DNA of 64,000 bases from an uncultured Oscillospiraceae bacterium (GTDB lineage Bacteria; Bacillota; Clostridia; Oscillospirales; Oscillospiraceae): the NCBI GenBank assembly GCA_910588625.1, contig CAJUQN010000002.1, forward strand, positions 60,323 through 124,322, written 5' to 3'. This document shows positions 27,940-35,896 of this stretch, in pieces. Position numbers and translations under genes: made by a program. Each line of letters opens with the position of its first letter. The stretch's first letter is position 1. A model generated the notes under the pieces. That model was not told where the DNA came from, did no database searches, and saw only the letters and a program-made list of their open reading frames with translations.

Positions 27940-28427
27940 TAGCGGTACAGCTCCTTTAATTCGGCGTAATGCTCGGCGTTATTGCGCAGTCCGGCGATTT
28001 CCTCCCCGGTGAGAGGACGGACTACCTTGGCCGGATTGCCCAGCACCAGAGAGCCGTCAGGGGCGTCCATTTTGCCCGTGACTACGGCCCCCGCGCCCAC
28101 CATGCAGTTTTTGCCGATTTTCGCGAAATCCAGCAGAGTGGCGCCCATGCCGATGATGGTGTTGTCCCCCACCACTGCGCCGTGGACGATGGCCCCGTGG
28201 CCCACGGACACCCAGTCCCCCAGCTCGGTGGCGTGCTTCTCCGAGTGGAGCACACAGCAGTCCTGGACGTTGCAGCCCTGACCCAGCACGATGGGCTTGC
28301 CGTCGCCCCGGAGGACGGCGTTGAACCACACGGAACAGTCCCGGCCCAGGGTGACGTTGCCCACCACCGCCGCGCCGGGGAGGATGACCACATCTTCATT
28401 GGTTTGACGTAACGTTTTTAATTCCAT
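27939..28427 (-). CDS. gamma-carbonic-anhydrase-like / left-handed beta-helix (hexapeptide) protein
   Basis: 162 aa with hexapeptide repeats and the pattern VWFNAVLRGD..VGHGAIVHG typical of the PaaY/YrdA family. Confidence 0.75.
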   Translation of the reverse strand: MELKTLRQTNEDVVILPGAAVVGNVTLGRDCSVWFNAVLRGDGKPIVLGQGCNVQDCCVLHSEKHATELGDWVSVGHGAIVHGAVVGDNTIIGMGATLLDFAKIGKNCMVGAGAVVTGKMDAPDGSLVLGNPAKVVRPLTGEEIAGLRNNAEHYAELKELYR

Positions 28428-28445
28428 AAAAATTCCTCACAGTAT

Positions 28446-29492
28446 TCAAATTCCCATCAGCTCACAAGCCGCTAAGGCCGCCGCCGCCTCAATGACGGGC
28501 ACCGCCCGATGGACCACGCAGGGGTCGTGGCGGCCCTGGAGCTCCAGCACGGCGTTTTCCTTTTTTGCCAGGTCTACGGTGAACTGCTGGCGGGCGATGG
28601 AGGGGGTGGGGCGCATGGTGACCTCGAAGGTGAGCGGCATTCCGTTGGTGATGCCGCCGTTGACCCCTCCGGCACAGTTCTGCTCAGCTTTGACGGAGCC
28701 GTCGTCATCCATATACAGCGGGTCGTTGGCTTCGGAGCCTCGCATGAGGGCGAAGGCCATGCCCGCGCCGAAGGCCACCGCTTTCACCGCCGGAACGGCA
28801 AACAGGTACTGGGAGAAGATGCCCTCGGCGTTGCATCCGAAGTCCGGCGCGCCCAGTCCGGCGGGCAGGCCGAACACCCCGCACTCAATGGAGCCCCCCA
28901 CGGAGTCCAGGTCCTTTTTCGCCTCCAGGATAGCCTCCTGCATCTCCTTCCCCGCCGCGTCGTTAAGGACGGGAAAATCTTTCTCCGCCGCCGCCTTCAA
29001 GCTGTCCCAGTCCTCCAGGGCGTCGTCGTTGACGCCGTAGATGGAGGCGATGTGGGCGCCCACGTGAACACCCTTTTGGGCGAGGAGCTGCTTGGCTACG
29101 CCTCCCGCGAACACCAGCGGCGCGGTGAGCCGCCCGGAAAAGTGCCCACCGCCCCGGTAATCGTTGAAGCCGTCATACCGCACGTGGGCGGCGTAGTCGG
29201 CGTGGCCGGGCCGGGCCAGGTCTTTCGTGCGGGAGTAGTCCTTGGACCGTGTATCCGTATTCTCGATGAGGACGCACAGCGGCGCGCCGGTGGTCCTGCC
29301 CTCGAACACGCCGGAGAGGATGTGTGGCTCGTCGGCCTCCTTCCGTGGGGTGGACAGGGCGCTCTTGCCCGGAGCGCGGCGGCTCAGCTCGAAACGGATG
29401 GCGTCCAGGTCCAGCTCCAGCCCGGCGGGGACGCCCTCCAGCACCACGCCGATGGCGGGGCCGTGGGACTCGCCAAAAATGGAATATCTCAT
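28446..29492 (-). CDS. aroC: chorismate synthase
   Basis: MRYSIFGESHGPAIGVVLEG..RRAPG..GRSSARET-like region. The start was chosen at MRYS; the track ORF has a 31-aa low-complexity extension. Confidence 0.9.
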   Translation of the reverse strand: MRYSIFGESHGPAIGVVLEGVPAGLELDLDAIRFELSRRAPGKSALSTPRKEADEPHILSGVFEGRTTGAPLCVLIENTDTRSKDYSRTKDLARPGHADYAAHVRYDGFNDYRGGGHFSGRLTAPLVFAGGVAKQLLAQKGVHVGAHIASIYGVNDDALEDWDSLKAAAEKDFPVLNDAAGKEMQEAILEAKKDLDSVGGSIECGVFGLPAGLGAPDFGCNAEGIFSQYLFAVPAVKAVAFGAGMAFALMRGSEANDPLYMDDDGSVKAEQNCAGGVNGGITNGMPLTFEVTMRPTPSIARQQFTVDLAKKENAVLELQGRHDPCVVHRAVPVIEAAAALAACELMGI

Positions 29493-29507
29493 GATGGCAC
29501 TCCTTTC

Positions 29508-29539
29508 CTTCCTTTTTTCTTTGAAAAGAAAAAAGGAAG
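29508..29539. repeat. perfect 15-bp polypyrimidine/polypurine inverted repeat
   Basis: CTTCCTTTTTTCTTT-ga-AAAGAAAAAAGGAAG, between the GNAT stop and the aroC SD. Confidence 0.6.
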
Positions 29540-29566
29540 CGAAAAAAGAAACTTTTAGACGTTCTC

Positions 29567-30109
29567 TCAAGAAAGGGCAATCCAATAACGCTCCAGGTCC
29601 CTATGCTCCTTCGGCTCGTGAACGGTGCTCTCATACACGCCGCCGTTGGCTAGGATGGTGCGGCGGCTTCCCTCGTTGTCATTGCGACAGGAGATGAGCA
29701 CCCTGTCAAAGCCAAGCTCTTTACAGTAAGGCAGCATCAGGCGCAGCTGTTCCTTGGCATAGCCCTTGCGCTGCTCGCTGGGCCGGACGGAGTAGCCGAT
29801 GTGCCCGCCGAACTTCTCCAGATAGTCGGTGAAGTAGTGCCGCACCTGGATCATGCCCACTAGCTTGCTGTCGGATTCCCGGATGCTCAGGAATTGGGTG
29901 GTCTGCGCATACGCTTCCGGAACGGTGCTTCTATCGGCAAACAGGAGGATCTCCGGTAGCCACTCTCTCCAGAGTTTTTCCGGGGCGTCAATTTTATGCA
30001 GGGCGCTGGTGCCATCCATGGAGAGGCCGGCGCTGACAAATTCCTGCCGGTAGGCCCACACCTGGTCCAGATACGCCTCAGAGGGAAGGATCAATTTTAT
30101 CGTGTCCAT
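29567..30109 (-). CDS. GNAT family N-acetyltransferase
   Basis: 180 aa, Acetyltransf_3-like (..IGYSVRPSEQRKGYAKEQLRL..). It is embedded between aroA and aroC. Confidence 0.75.
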   Translation of the reverse strand: MDTIKLILPSEAYLDQVWAYRQEFVSAGLSMDGTSALHKIDAPEKLWREWLPEILLFADRSTVPEAYAQTTQFLSIRESDSKLVGMIQVRHYFTDYLEKFGGHIGYSVRPSEQRKGYAKEQLRLMLPYCKELGFDRVLISCRNDNEGSRRTILANGGVYESTVHEPKEHRDLERYWIALS

Positions 30110-30119
30110 CTGGTATCAC

Positions 30120-31358
30120 TCAATTCGTTTTTTGAATTTTTCCGCCCAGGACTTCATAGTCCTCCCAGAAATTGGGGTAGGACTTGGCCACGCACTCCGC
30201 GCCCAGCACGGTGACGGGTTTTTCGCACCGTGTGGCGGCGATGGCGGCCATCATAGCGATGCGGTGGTCGTTGAAGCTGTCCACGGTAACACCGCCATGC
30301 AGCATTCCCCTGCCCCGGATGGTGAGGGAATCCGGCCCCTCGGCCACATCCGCGCCCAGGGCCTTGAGCACCGCCGTGACGGAGGCCAAGCGGTCGCTTT
30401 CCTTGATGCGCAGGCGGGCGGCGTTGCCAATGTGGGTGGTGCAGCCGGGACGGAGAGCCGCCATAGCCGCCAGGGGGGGAACCAAATCGGGGCAGTTGGA
30501 CACGTCAAGGCCCGTGTCCTTCATCTGAGACAGACGGCCAAAAAAGCCGTCGATGGCCCGGTCCCCCTGGGCGGAGGGCCAGTTCAGGCCGGAGAGTTCC
30601 ACCGGGCTGTCCAGAAATTTGGCAGCGTACCAAAATGCCGCCTGGGACCAGTCCGCTTCCACCGTGAGGCTGTGCGGCTGGTAGAGCTGGTTTCCGGGGA
30701 TGAACCAGCCGTTTTTCCGTTCCTCGATACGGACGTTGAACCACTGAAGGGCCTCCAACGTCATGTCAATATACCCCCAGCTTTCTAAATTGGAGGTGAG
30801 GACAATTTCGGAATCCCCGTCCAGCAGAGGCAGGGCGTACAGCAGCCCGGTGATAAACTGGGAGGACACGTTGCCGGGAAGCTGATAGGTCCCCGGCGTG
30901 AGCAGCCCGGCGATGGTGAGCACGCCGTCCTTTTGCTCGTGAAAGACGCCCTTTTCATCGAACAGGTCGAAATAGGGCTTTTGCGGCCGCTCCATCAGCC
31001 GTCCCCGGCCAGTGAAAATGCCGCCGCCCCGCACCGCCAGCGCCACAGGAATGAGGAACCGCAGCGTGGACCCGCTCTCCCCGCAGTCCAGCCGGGGGTA
31101 GGCCAGGCGCCGCAGGGGGGACATGGCGTTTGCCCCCATGCCCCGGACGGTGACGGTGGAGCCATCCCGCGAAAGCTCCGCGCCCAGGTTTTCCAGACAG
31201 CTCATGGTGGCCTCGATGTCCTGAGAGTAGGCCACGTTAGAAATGACACACTCCCCGTCCGCCAGGGCGGCTGCGATGAGGACCCGGTGGGCCTGGGACT
31301 TAGAGGGCGGCGGGGTGACAGTTCCAGATAACCTGCCGGGGGTGATAGTGATGTTCAT
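30120..31358 (-). CDS. aroA: 3-phosphoshikimate 1-carboxyvinyltransferase (EPSP synthase)
   Basis: Motifs PPSKSQAHRVLIAAAL and LRIKESDR. 412 aa. Confidence 0.9.
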   Translation of the reverse strand: MNITITPGRLSGTVTPPPSKSQAHRVLIAAALADGECVISNVAYSQDIEATMSCLENLGAELSRDGSTVTVRGMGANAMSPLRRLAYPRLDCGESGSTLRFLIPVALAVRGGGIFTGRGRLMERPQKPYFDLFDEKGVFHEQKDGVLTIAGLLTPGTYQLPGNVSSQFITGLLYALPLLDGDSEIVLTSNLESWGYIDMTLEALQWFNVRIEERKNGWFIPGNQLYQPHSLTVEADWSQAAFWYAAKFLDSPVELSGLNWPSAQGDRAIDGFFGRLSQMKDTGLDVSNCPDLVPPLAAMAALRPGCTTHIGNAARLRIKESDRLASVTAVLKALGADVAEGPDSLTIRGRGMLHGGVTVDSFNDHRIAMMAAIAATRCEKPVTVLGAECVAKSYPNFWEDYEVLGGKIQKTN

Positions 31359-31397
31359 AGCGGCCTCCTTACGTGATTGGCCCCCACAGGGGGAAGG

Positions 31398-32459
31398 CTA
31401 TAACAGCTTTAACAGCGCGTTTTTAGAAATCTTGTGGGGGACGGCGTGGCCCATGCGGTCCAGCAGGATGACGGTGATGTCCGCCCCGGCGCCCTTTTTG
31501 TCCCGGCCCACGGCGGCGGCGTAGTCCTCGGCGGAGCACGGAATGAAGGTGGGCAGGCCAAGGCCCGCCAGGGTGCTTTCCAGCTGGCCGGACAGCTCCG
31601 CCGGGGTGACGCCCAGCGACACGCCCAGCTTGGCCGCGGCGCACATGCCCGCCGCCACCGCCTCGCCGTGGTTCCATTCGGTGTAATGCCCCGCCAGCTC
31701 GTAGGCATGGCCCAGCGTGTGGCCGAAGTTCAAAATCATCCGGAGCCCGGTATCCAGCTCGTCATCTATGACCACTTGGCGTTTAATATCACAGCAGGTA
31801 TACAAAATGTGTTCGATATCTGCCATCAGCGCCTGTCGAGAGGGCCGGACGGCCAGGAAGTTGAAAAAGTCCTTGTCCCAGATACAGCCGTACTTGACCA
31901 CCTCAGCCATCCCCGCCATGAACACGGGGAGCGGCAAAGAGTCCAGCGTGTCCGGGTCCATGAGAACCAGGCGGGGCTGGTAGAACGCCCCGGCCAGGTT
32001 TTTGCCGTGGTCCAGGTCCACGGCCACCTTGCCACCTACAGAGGAGTCAACCTGGGCCAGCAGAGTGGTGGGAATTTGGACAAAGGCCACCCCCCGCAGG
32101 ATGGTGGCTGCGGCGAAGCCCGCCAGATCCCCCACCACACCGCCGCCCAGGGCCACCACGCCGTCGGTACGGGTCAGGCCGAACTCCATGAAGTCCTCCC
32201 ACAGCTCGGTGAGCAGGCCGGGGTTCTTGCTGGACTCACCGGCGGGGATGACCGCGCCCCAGCACTGAAAACCGGCCCCCTCCAGGCTGGCTTTCAGCTT
32301 GGCAAAGTAGAGAGGGTGAACATTGGTGTCGGTGACGACGGCCAGCTTTTGGGCACGGGGCAGAAGGGCCTGGAGGCACTCCCCGGCCTGGGACAAGACC
32401 CCCCGCTCGATCACGATGTCGTACTCCCGGCCCGGAAGGGCTACGGTGAGGGTTTTCAT
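31398..32459 (-). CDS. aroB: 3-dehydroquinate synthase
   Basis: Motifs ALGGGVVGDLAGFAAA, GGKVAVD and NFGHTLGHA. Confidence 0.9.
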   Translation of the reverse strand: MKTLTVALPGREYDIVIERGVLSQAGECLQALLPRAQKLAVVTDTNVHPLYFAKLKASLEGAGFQCWGAVIPAGESSKNPGLLTELWEDFMEFGLTRTDGVVALGGGVVGDLAGFAAATILRGVAFVQIPTTLLAQVDSSVGGKVAVDLDHGKNLAGAFYQPRLVLMDPDTLDSLPLPVFMAGMAEVVKYGCIWDKDFFNFLAVRPSRQALMADIEHILYTCCDIKRQVVIDDELDTGLRMILNFGHTLGHAYELAGHYTEWNHGEAVAAGMCAAAKLGVSLGVTPAELSGQLESTLAGLGLPTFIPCSAEDYAAAVGRDKKGAGADITVILLDRMGHAVPHKISKNALLKLL

Positions 32460-32472
32460 TGCAGATTCCTCC

Positions 32473-32805
32473 TTAGAGCTGATCCACTACACTGGCTAGG
32501 GTGTCCAGGAAGGACTCCTCGCCCCAGGTGTTGATCTTGAAGAACATGGCTTGACTGCCCCCAGCGGTAATGGCGGTGAGATGGAGCTGGTCTCCCTCCC
32601 CCGCCAGGGTGAGGGAGAGGGCCACCCGGTTGCTGCCGCTCCAGCTGTACCGTTCGAACATCCGCACCGCCACTTGAACGGGGCCGATGGTGAAGTCCGT
32701 GCGGTCCTCCAGGGTGGCGGACATACTGCCGTTCAGTACGGCGTCCTCCAAACGGGACAACACCGCGTTAAAGTTGCCGGTAATGACACGTTCTAATTTA
32801 GCCAT
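32473..32805 (-). CDS. small conserved-looking hypothetical protein (110 aa)
   Basis: The start was set at MAKLERV, which has GGAGAA upstream. It is tightly packed between aroF and aroB. No signal peptide or TM helix. I cannot assign a family with certainty. Confidence 0.6.
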   Translation of the reverse strand: MAKLERVITGNFNAVLSRLEDAVLNGSMSATLEDRTDFTIGPVQVAVRMFERYSWSGSNRVALSLTLAGEGDQLHLTAITAGGSQAMFFKINTWGEESFLDTLASVVDQL

Positions 32806-32900
32806 GACCAAATTCTCCTTCCTGTCTGAGTACAGCATCCTTCACACCAGTTGGCCTTCGATTGACAGCTTGCTCTCGCGGGGAGAGGCCTCGCGCTGTC

Positions 32901-33920
32901 CTAAGCCAGCGTTTTTCCCATCAGTTCTATGAGCGGATTCAGCTTGCCCATCAGGTGTCGGAACTTCTCCGGAGTCAGGGACTGGGCTCCGTCGCACTTG
33001 GCGCAGGGCGGGTTGTTGTGGACCTCCACCATGAGGCCGTCCGCGCCCACAGCCACGGCGGCCATGGCCAGGGGCTCCACCATCCAGTACATTCCGGCGG
33101 CGTGGGAGGGGTCCACCACAATGGGCAGATGGCTCATCTTCCGGATGGCCGGAATGGCGGAAAGATCCAGAGTGTTGCGGGTGTAGGTTTCGAAGGTGCG
33201 GACCCCCCGCTCGCACAGGGTGACGTTCTCATTGCCCGCGGCCATGATATACTCTGCGGACATAATCCACTCCTCGTAGGTGTTGGACAGGCCCCGTTTC
33301 AGCAGGATGGGCTTGGACAGCTTGCCCACCTCTTTGAGCAGGTCGAAGTTCTGCATATTCCGGGCGCCCACCTGGACCAGGTCCACCTTCTCCTCAAACA
33401 GCCCGCAGTAGCGGGGGGCCATGATCTCGGACACGATGGGAAGGCCCGTAGCGGCTTTGGCCTCCATCAGGAGATCCAAGCCGTCGGTGCCCATGCCCTG
33501 GAAGGAGTAGGGGGAGGTGCGGGGCTTGAACGCGCCGCCCCGGAGCAGGGACGCTCCCGCCTCCTTCACGTCCTGGGCCACGCCGGTGATCTGCTCCTCA
33601 CTCTCCACCGAGCAGGGTCCGGCGATGACGGCGAACTTGTCCCCGCCGATGGACACGCCGGACACGTCCGCCACGGTGTCCTCGGGGTGGAACTTGCGGT
33701 TGGCCTTCTTGTAGGGCTCCTGAACGCGCATGACGCGTTCCACGTCGTCGTTCAGGGACAGTTTGTCCATGTCGATGTGGGCGGTGTCGCCCACCAGGCC
33801 CAGGATGGAACAGCCCACGCCGTTGGTGATGCCCACAGTGACGCCGTGATTGTGCTCCAGCTGGGCGACGAGGGTTTGAATTTTTTCCTGGCTTACGCCG
33901 GGCTTCATGACGATTACCAT
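32901..33920 (-). CDS. aroF: 3-deoxy-7-phosphoheptulonate (DAHP) synthase, type I-beta with N-terminal ferredoxin-like regulatory domain
   Basis: 339 aa. An N-terminal ~65-aa ACT/FL-like domain is followed by a KDO8PS-like TIM barrel (..GPCSVES..KPRTSPYSFQG..DPSH). Confidence 0.9.
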   Translation of the reverse strand: MVIVMKPGVSQEKIQTLVAQLEHNHGVTVGITNGVGCSILGLVGDTAHIDMDKLSLNDDVERVMRVQEPYKKANRKFHPEDTVADVSGVSIGGDKFAVIAGPCSVESEEQITGVAQDVKEAGASLLRGGAFKPRTSPYSFQGMGTDGLDLLMEAKAATGLPIVSEIMAPRYCGLFEEKVDLVQVGARNMQNFDLLKEVGKLSKPILLKRGLSNTYEEWIMSAEYIMAAGNENVTLCERGVRTFETYTRNTLDLSAIPAIRKMSHLPIVVDPSHAAGMYWMVEPLAMAAVAVGADGLMVEVHNNPPCAKCDGAQSLTPEKFRHLMGKLNPLIELMGKTLA

Positions 33921-33937
33921 AAATTAAGACTCCTCTC

Positions 33938-33986
33938 AAAATAAAAGGAAGCCCACGGTCCGCAGATACGCGGTCCATGAGCTTCC
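33938..33986 (-). terminator. intrinsic terminator (attenuator) in aro leader
   Basis: GGAAGCTCATGGACCGC-gtatct-GCGGACCGTGGGCTTCC followed by TTTTATTTT, ending 17 nt before the aroF ATG. Confidence 0.8.
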
Positions 33987-34026
33987 CAAAGGGTACAAAT
34001 TCAGGCGGGGCCTGCCGCCCCCTCAC

Positions 34027-34122
34027 TCACGCGCCGCGTTTCTCCATGCCAAAATAGCCGGACAGGATAAATCGAGTCCAGCCAAAGGTAAAGGTGAAGC
34101 TGTGGGCGTTGGAATGGGTCAT
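34027..34122 (-). CDS. candidate aromatic-rich leader peptide (31 aa)
   Basis: GAGGT lies 6 nt upstream of the ATG. The peptide is MTHSNAHSFTFTFGWTRFILSGYFGMEKRGA (5 F, 1 W, 1 Y). It sits between the promoter and the terminator. Confidence 0.55.
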   Translation of the reverse strand: MTHSNAHSFTFTFGWTRFILSGYFGMEKRGA

Positions 34123-34195
34123 GTGGTTACCTCGCTGATTTTGAGTGGGGTCCATATCACAGGCGCGCGGCGCCGCTGTGATAGGAACTGGAGAT

Positions 34196-34224
34196 ATTAT
34201 ATACTTTAATGCGGTGAAATGCAA
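34196..34224 (-). promoter_or_regulatory. promoter TTGCAT-17-TATAAT of the aro operon
   Basis: -35 at 34219-34224 and -10 at 34196-34201, immediately after the upstream gene's stop. Confidence 0.7.
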
Positions 34225-34232
34225 GTATTAAT

Positions 34233-35717
34233 TTATTTGTGATAGAGCTGGCTCCCCTGATACCGGGGCGTGCAGGTCAGCCGCAGGCCCAACTTGGAGT
34301 AGGTCCCGCTGTCGGCGGCGGTGAGGATGACGGAGGAGTGGGCCTCGCAGTCCCGCAGCTTGTCCAGGTTGTCCAGCGCCCGGGTGGCCAAGGGCACCGT
34401 AGCGGAGGAGATCGCCAGCGCGATGAGCACCTCATCGCTGTGCAGGCGGGGGTTGCGGCTGCCCAGGTGTCCGGTTTTCAGGGCCTGGATGGGCTCGATG
34501 GCCTCCCGTGTGATGAGGTGGACGGCGTCGTCGATGCCCGCCAGCATTTTCAGCGCGTCCAGCAGGGCGGCGGAGGTGGCCCCCATCAAATCTGACGTCT
34601 TGCCTGTGACCACCGTGCCGTCCGGGAGCTGGATGGCGGCGGCGGGCTCGCCGGTCTCCTCCGCCTTGGCCTCGGCGGCGGCAATGACCGGCCGCAGCTC
34701 CGGGTCCGCGTGGGCCTGCTTGGTCAGCAGCTCCAGCTTGTAGACGATCTCATCGCTCCCCTGCCCCCGGCGGCGGTCGCACAGGGCGGAGTAGTAGCGG
34801 CGGATGATCTCCTGCTTGGCGGCGTCGCACACCGCCTCGTCGTCGGTGATGCAGAAGCCCACCATGTTGACCCCCATGTCCGTGGGGGACTTATAGGGAC
34901 TCTCCCCCATGATCTCCTCGAACATGGCCTGGAGGACGGGAAACACCTCCACGTCCCGGTTATAGTTGACGGTGGTCTCCTCATAGGCTTGCAGGTGGAA
35001 GGGGTCGATCATGTTCACGTCGTTCAGATCCGCCGTGGCGGCCTCATAGGCCAGGTTCACCGGGTGCTTGAGGGGCAGGTTCCAGATGGGGAAGGTCTCG
35101 AATTTGGCATATCCGGCCATCACGCCCCGGTTGTGGTGGTGGTAGAGCTGGGACAGGCAGGTCGCCATCTTCCCGGAGCCGGGGCCGGGGGCGGTGACCA
35201 CCACCAGGGGGCGGGTGGTCTCGATGTAATCGTTGCGGCCGAAGCCCTGGTCAGACATGATATGCCCCACGTCGTGGGGATAACCGGGGATGGGATAATG
35301 CAGGTAGACTGTTACGCCCAAATCCTCCAGACGGCGCTTGAAGGCGTCCGCAGAGGGCTGGGCGGCGTAGCGGGTGATGACCACGCTGCCCACATACAGC
35401 CCTTCCCCGCGGAAGGTGTCGATGAGGCGCAAAACGTCCTCGTCGTAGGTAATGCCCAGGTCGCCCCGGACTTTGTTTTGCTCAATATCGGCGGCGTTGA
35501 TGGCCACCACGATCTCCGCGCTGTCCCGCAGCTCCAGCAGCATCCGGATTTTGCTGTCCGGAGCAAAGCCGGGCAGGACCCGGGCGGCGTGGTAGTCGTC
35601 AAACAGCTTGCCGCCAAACTCCAGGTACAGCTTGCCGCCGAACTGGGCGATGCGCTCCCGGATGCGGGCGGACTGGGTCTCCACATAGCGCTGGTTGTCA
35701 AATCCGACCTTGGACAT
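34233..35717 (-). CDS. UPF0371/DUF1846 family protein
   Basis: 494 aa. The N-terminus [44 protein letters not shown] is typical of this conserved family of unknown function. Confidence 0.8.
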   Translation of the reverse strand: MSKVGFDNQRYVETQSARIRERIAQFGGKLYLEFGGKLFDDYHAARVLPGFAPDSKIRMLLELRDSAEIVVAINAADIEQNKVRGDLGITYDEDVLRLIDTFRGEGLYVGSVVITRYAAQPSADAFKRRLEDLGVTVYLHYPIPGYPHDVGHIMSDQGFGRNDYIETTRPLVVVTAPGPGSGKMATCLSQLYHHHNRGVMAGYAKFETFPIWNLPLKHPVNLAYEAATADLNDVNMIDPFHLQAYEETTVNYNRDVEVFPVLQAMFEEIMGESPYKSPTDMGVNMVGFCITDDEAVCDAAKQEIIRRYYSALCDRRRGQGSDEIVYKLELLTKQAHADPELRPVIAAAEAKAEETGEPAAAIQLPDGTVVTGKTSDLMGATSAALLDALKMLAGIDDAVHLITREAIEPIQALKTGHLGSRNPRLHSDEVLIALAISSATVPLATRALDNLDKLRDCEAHSSVILTAADSGTYSKLGLRLTCTPRYQGSQLYHK

Positions 35718-35834
35718 GATTTTGGGGCCCGCTCCTGGCGCGGCCCCGTCCCCCCTCTCGTCTGTAAACGAACACGCATACTATCTTATCACATCCGGGC
35801 GCTTTGGGCAAGGGTGTTTTCCCACCCGCCGCCC

Positions 35835-35863
35835 TTGACAGGGACCGTCCGGCCCTGTAAAAT
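35835..35863 (+). promoter_or_regulatory. promoter TTGACA-17-TAAAAT of thiI
   Basis: Consensus -35 with 17-nt spacing, ending ~34 nt upstream of the thiI ATG. Confidence 0.65.
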
Positions 35864-35896
35864 AGGAGGACAAAACATGGAAAGCAAGGGAAGATT

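Noticed and set aside
33921-34232. A T-box riboswitch as the explanation for the aro leader.
   Set aside because: I could not find the conserved T-box sequence (..GGGTGGTACCGCG-like), the AGAGA/GA motif or specifier-loop features. The leader contains a well-initiated aromatic-rich small ORF instead. This should still be confirmed with an Rfam covariance-model scan.
35718-35834. A possible small riboswitch in the UPF0371 leader. It has an ACGAGAGGGGGGACGGGG stretch, and the only GGAG is buried in a hairpin loop.
   Set aside because: It is too short and matches no class I can recall (guanidine-III-like similarity is superficial). I note it only as an SD-poor leader that a covariance-model scan could revisit.
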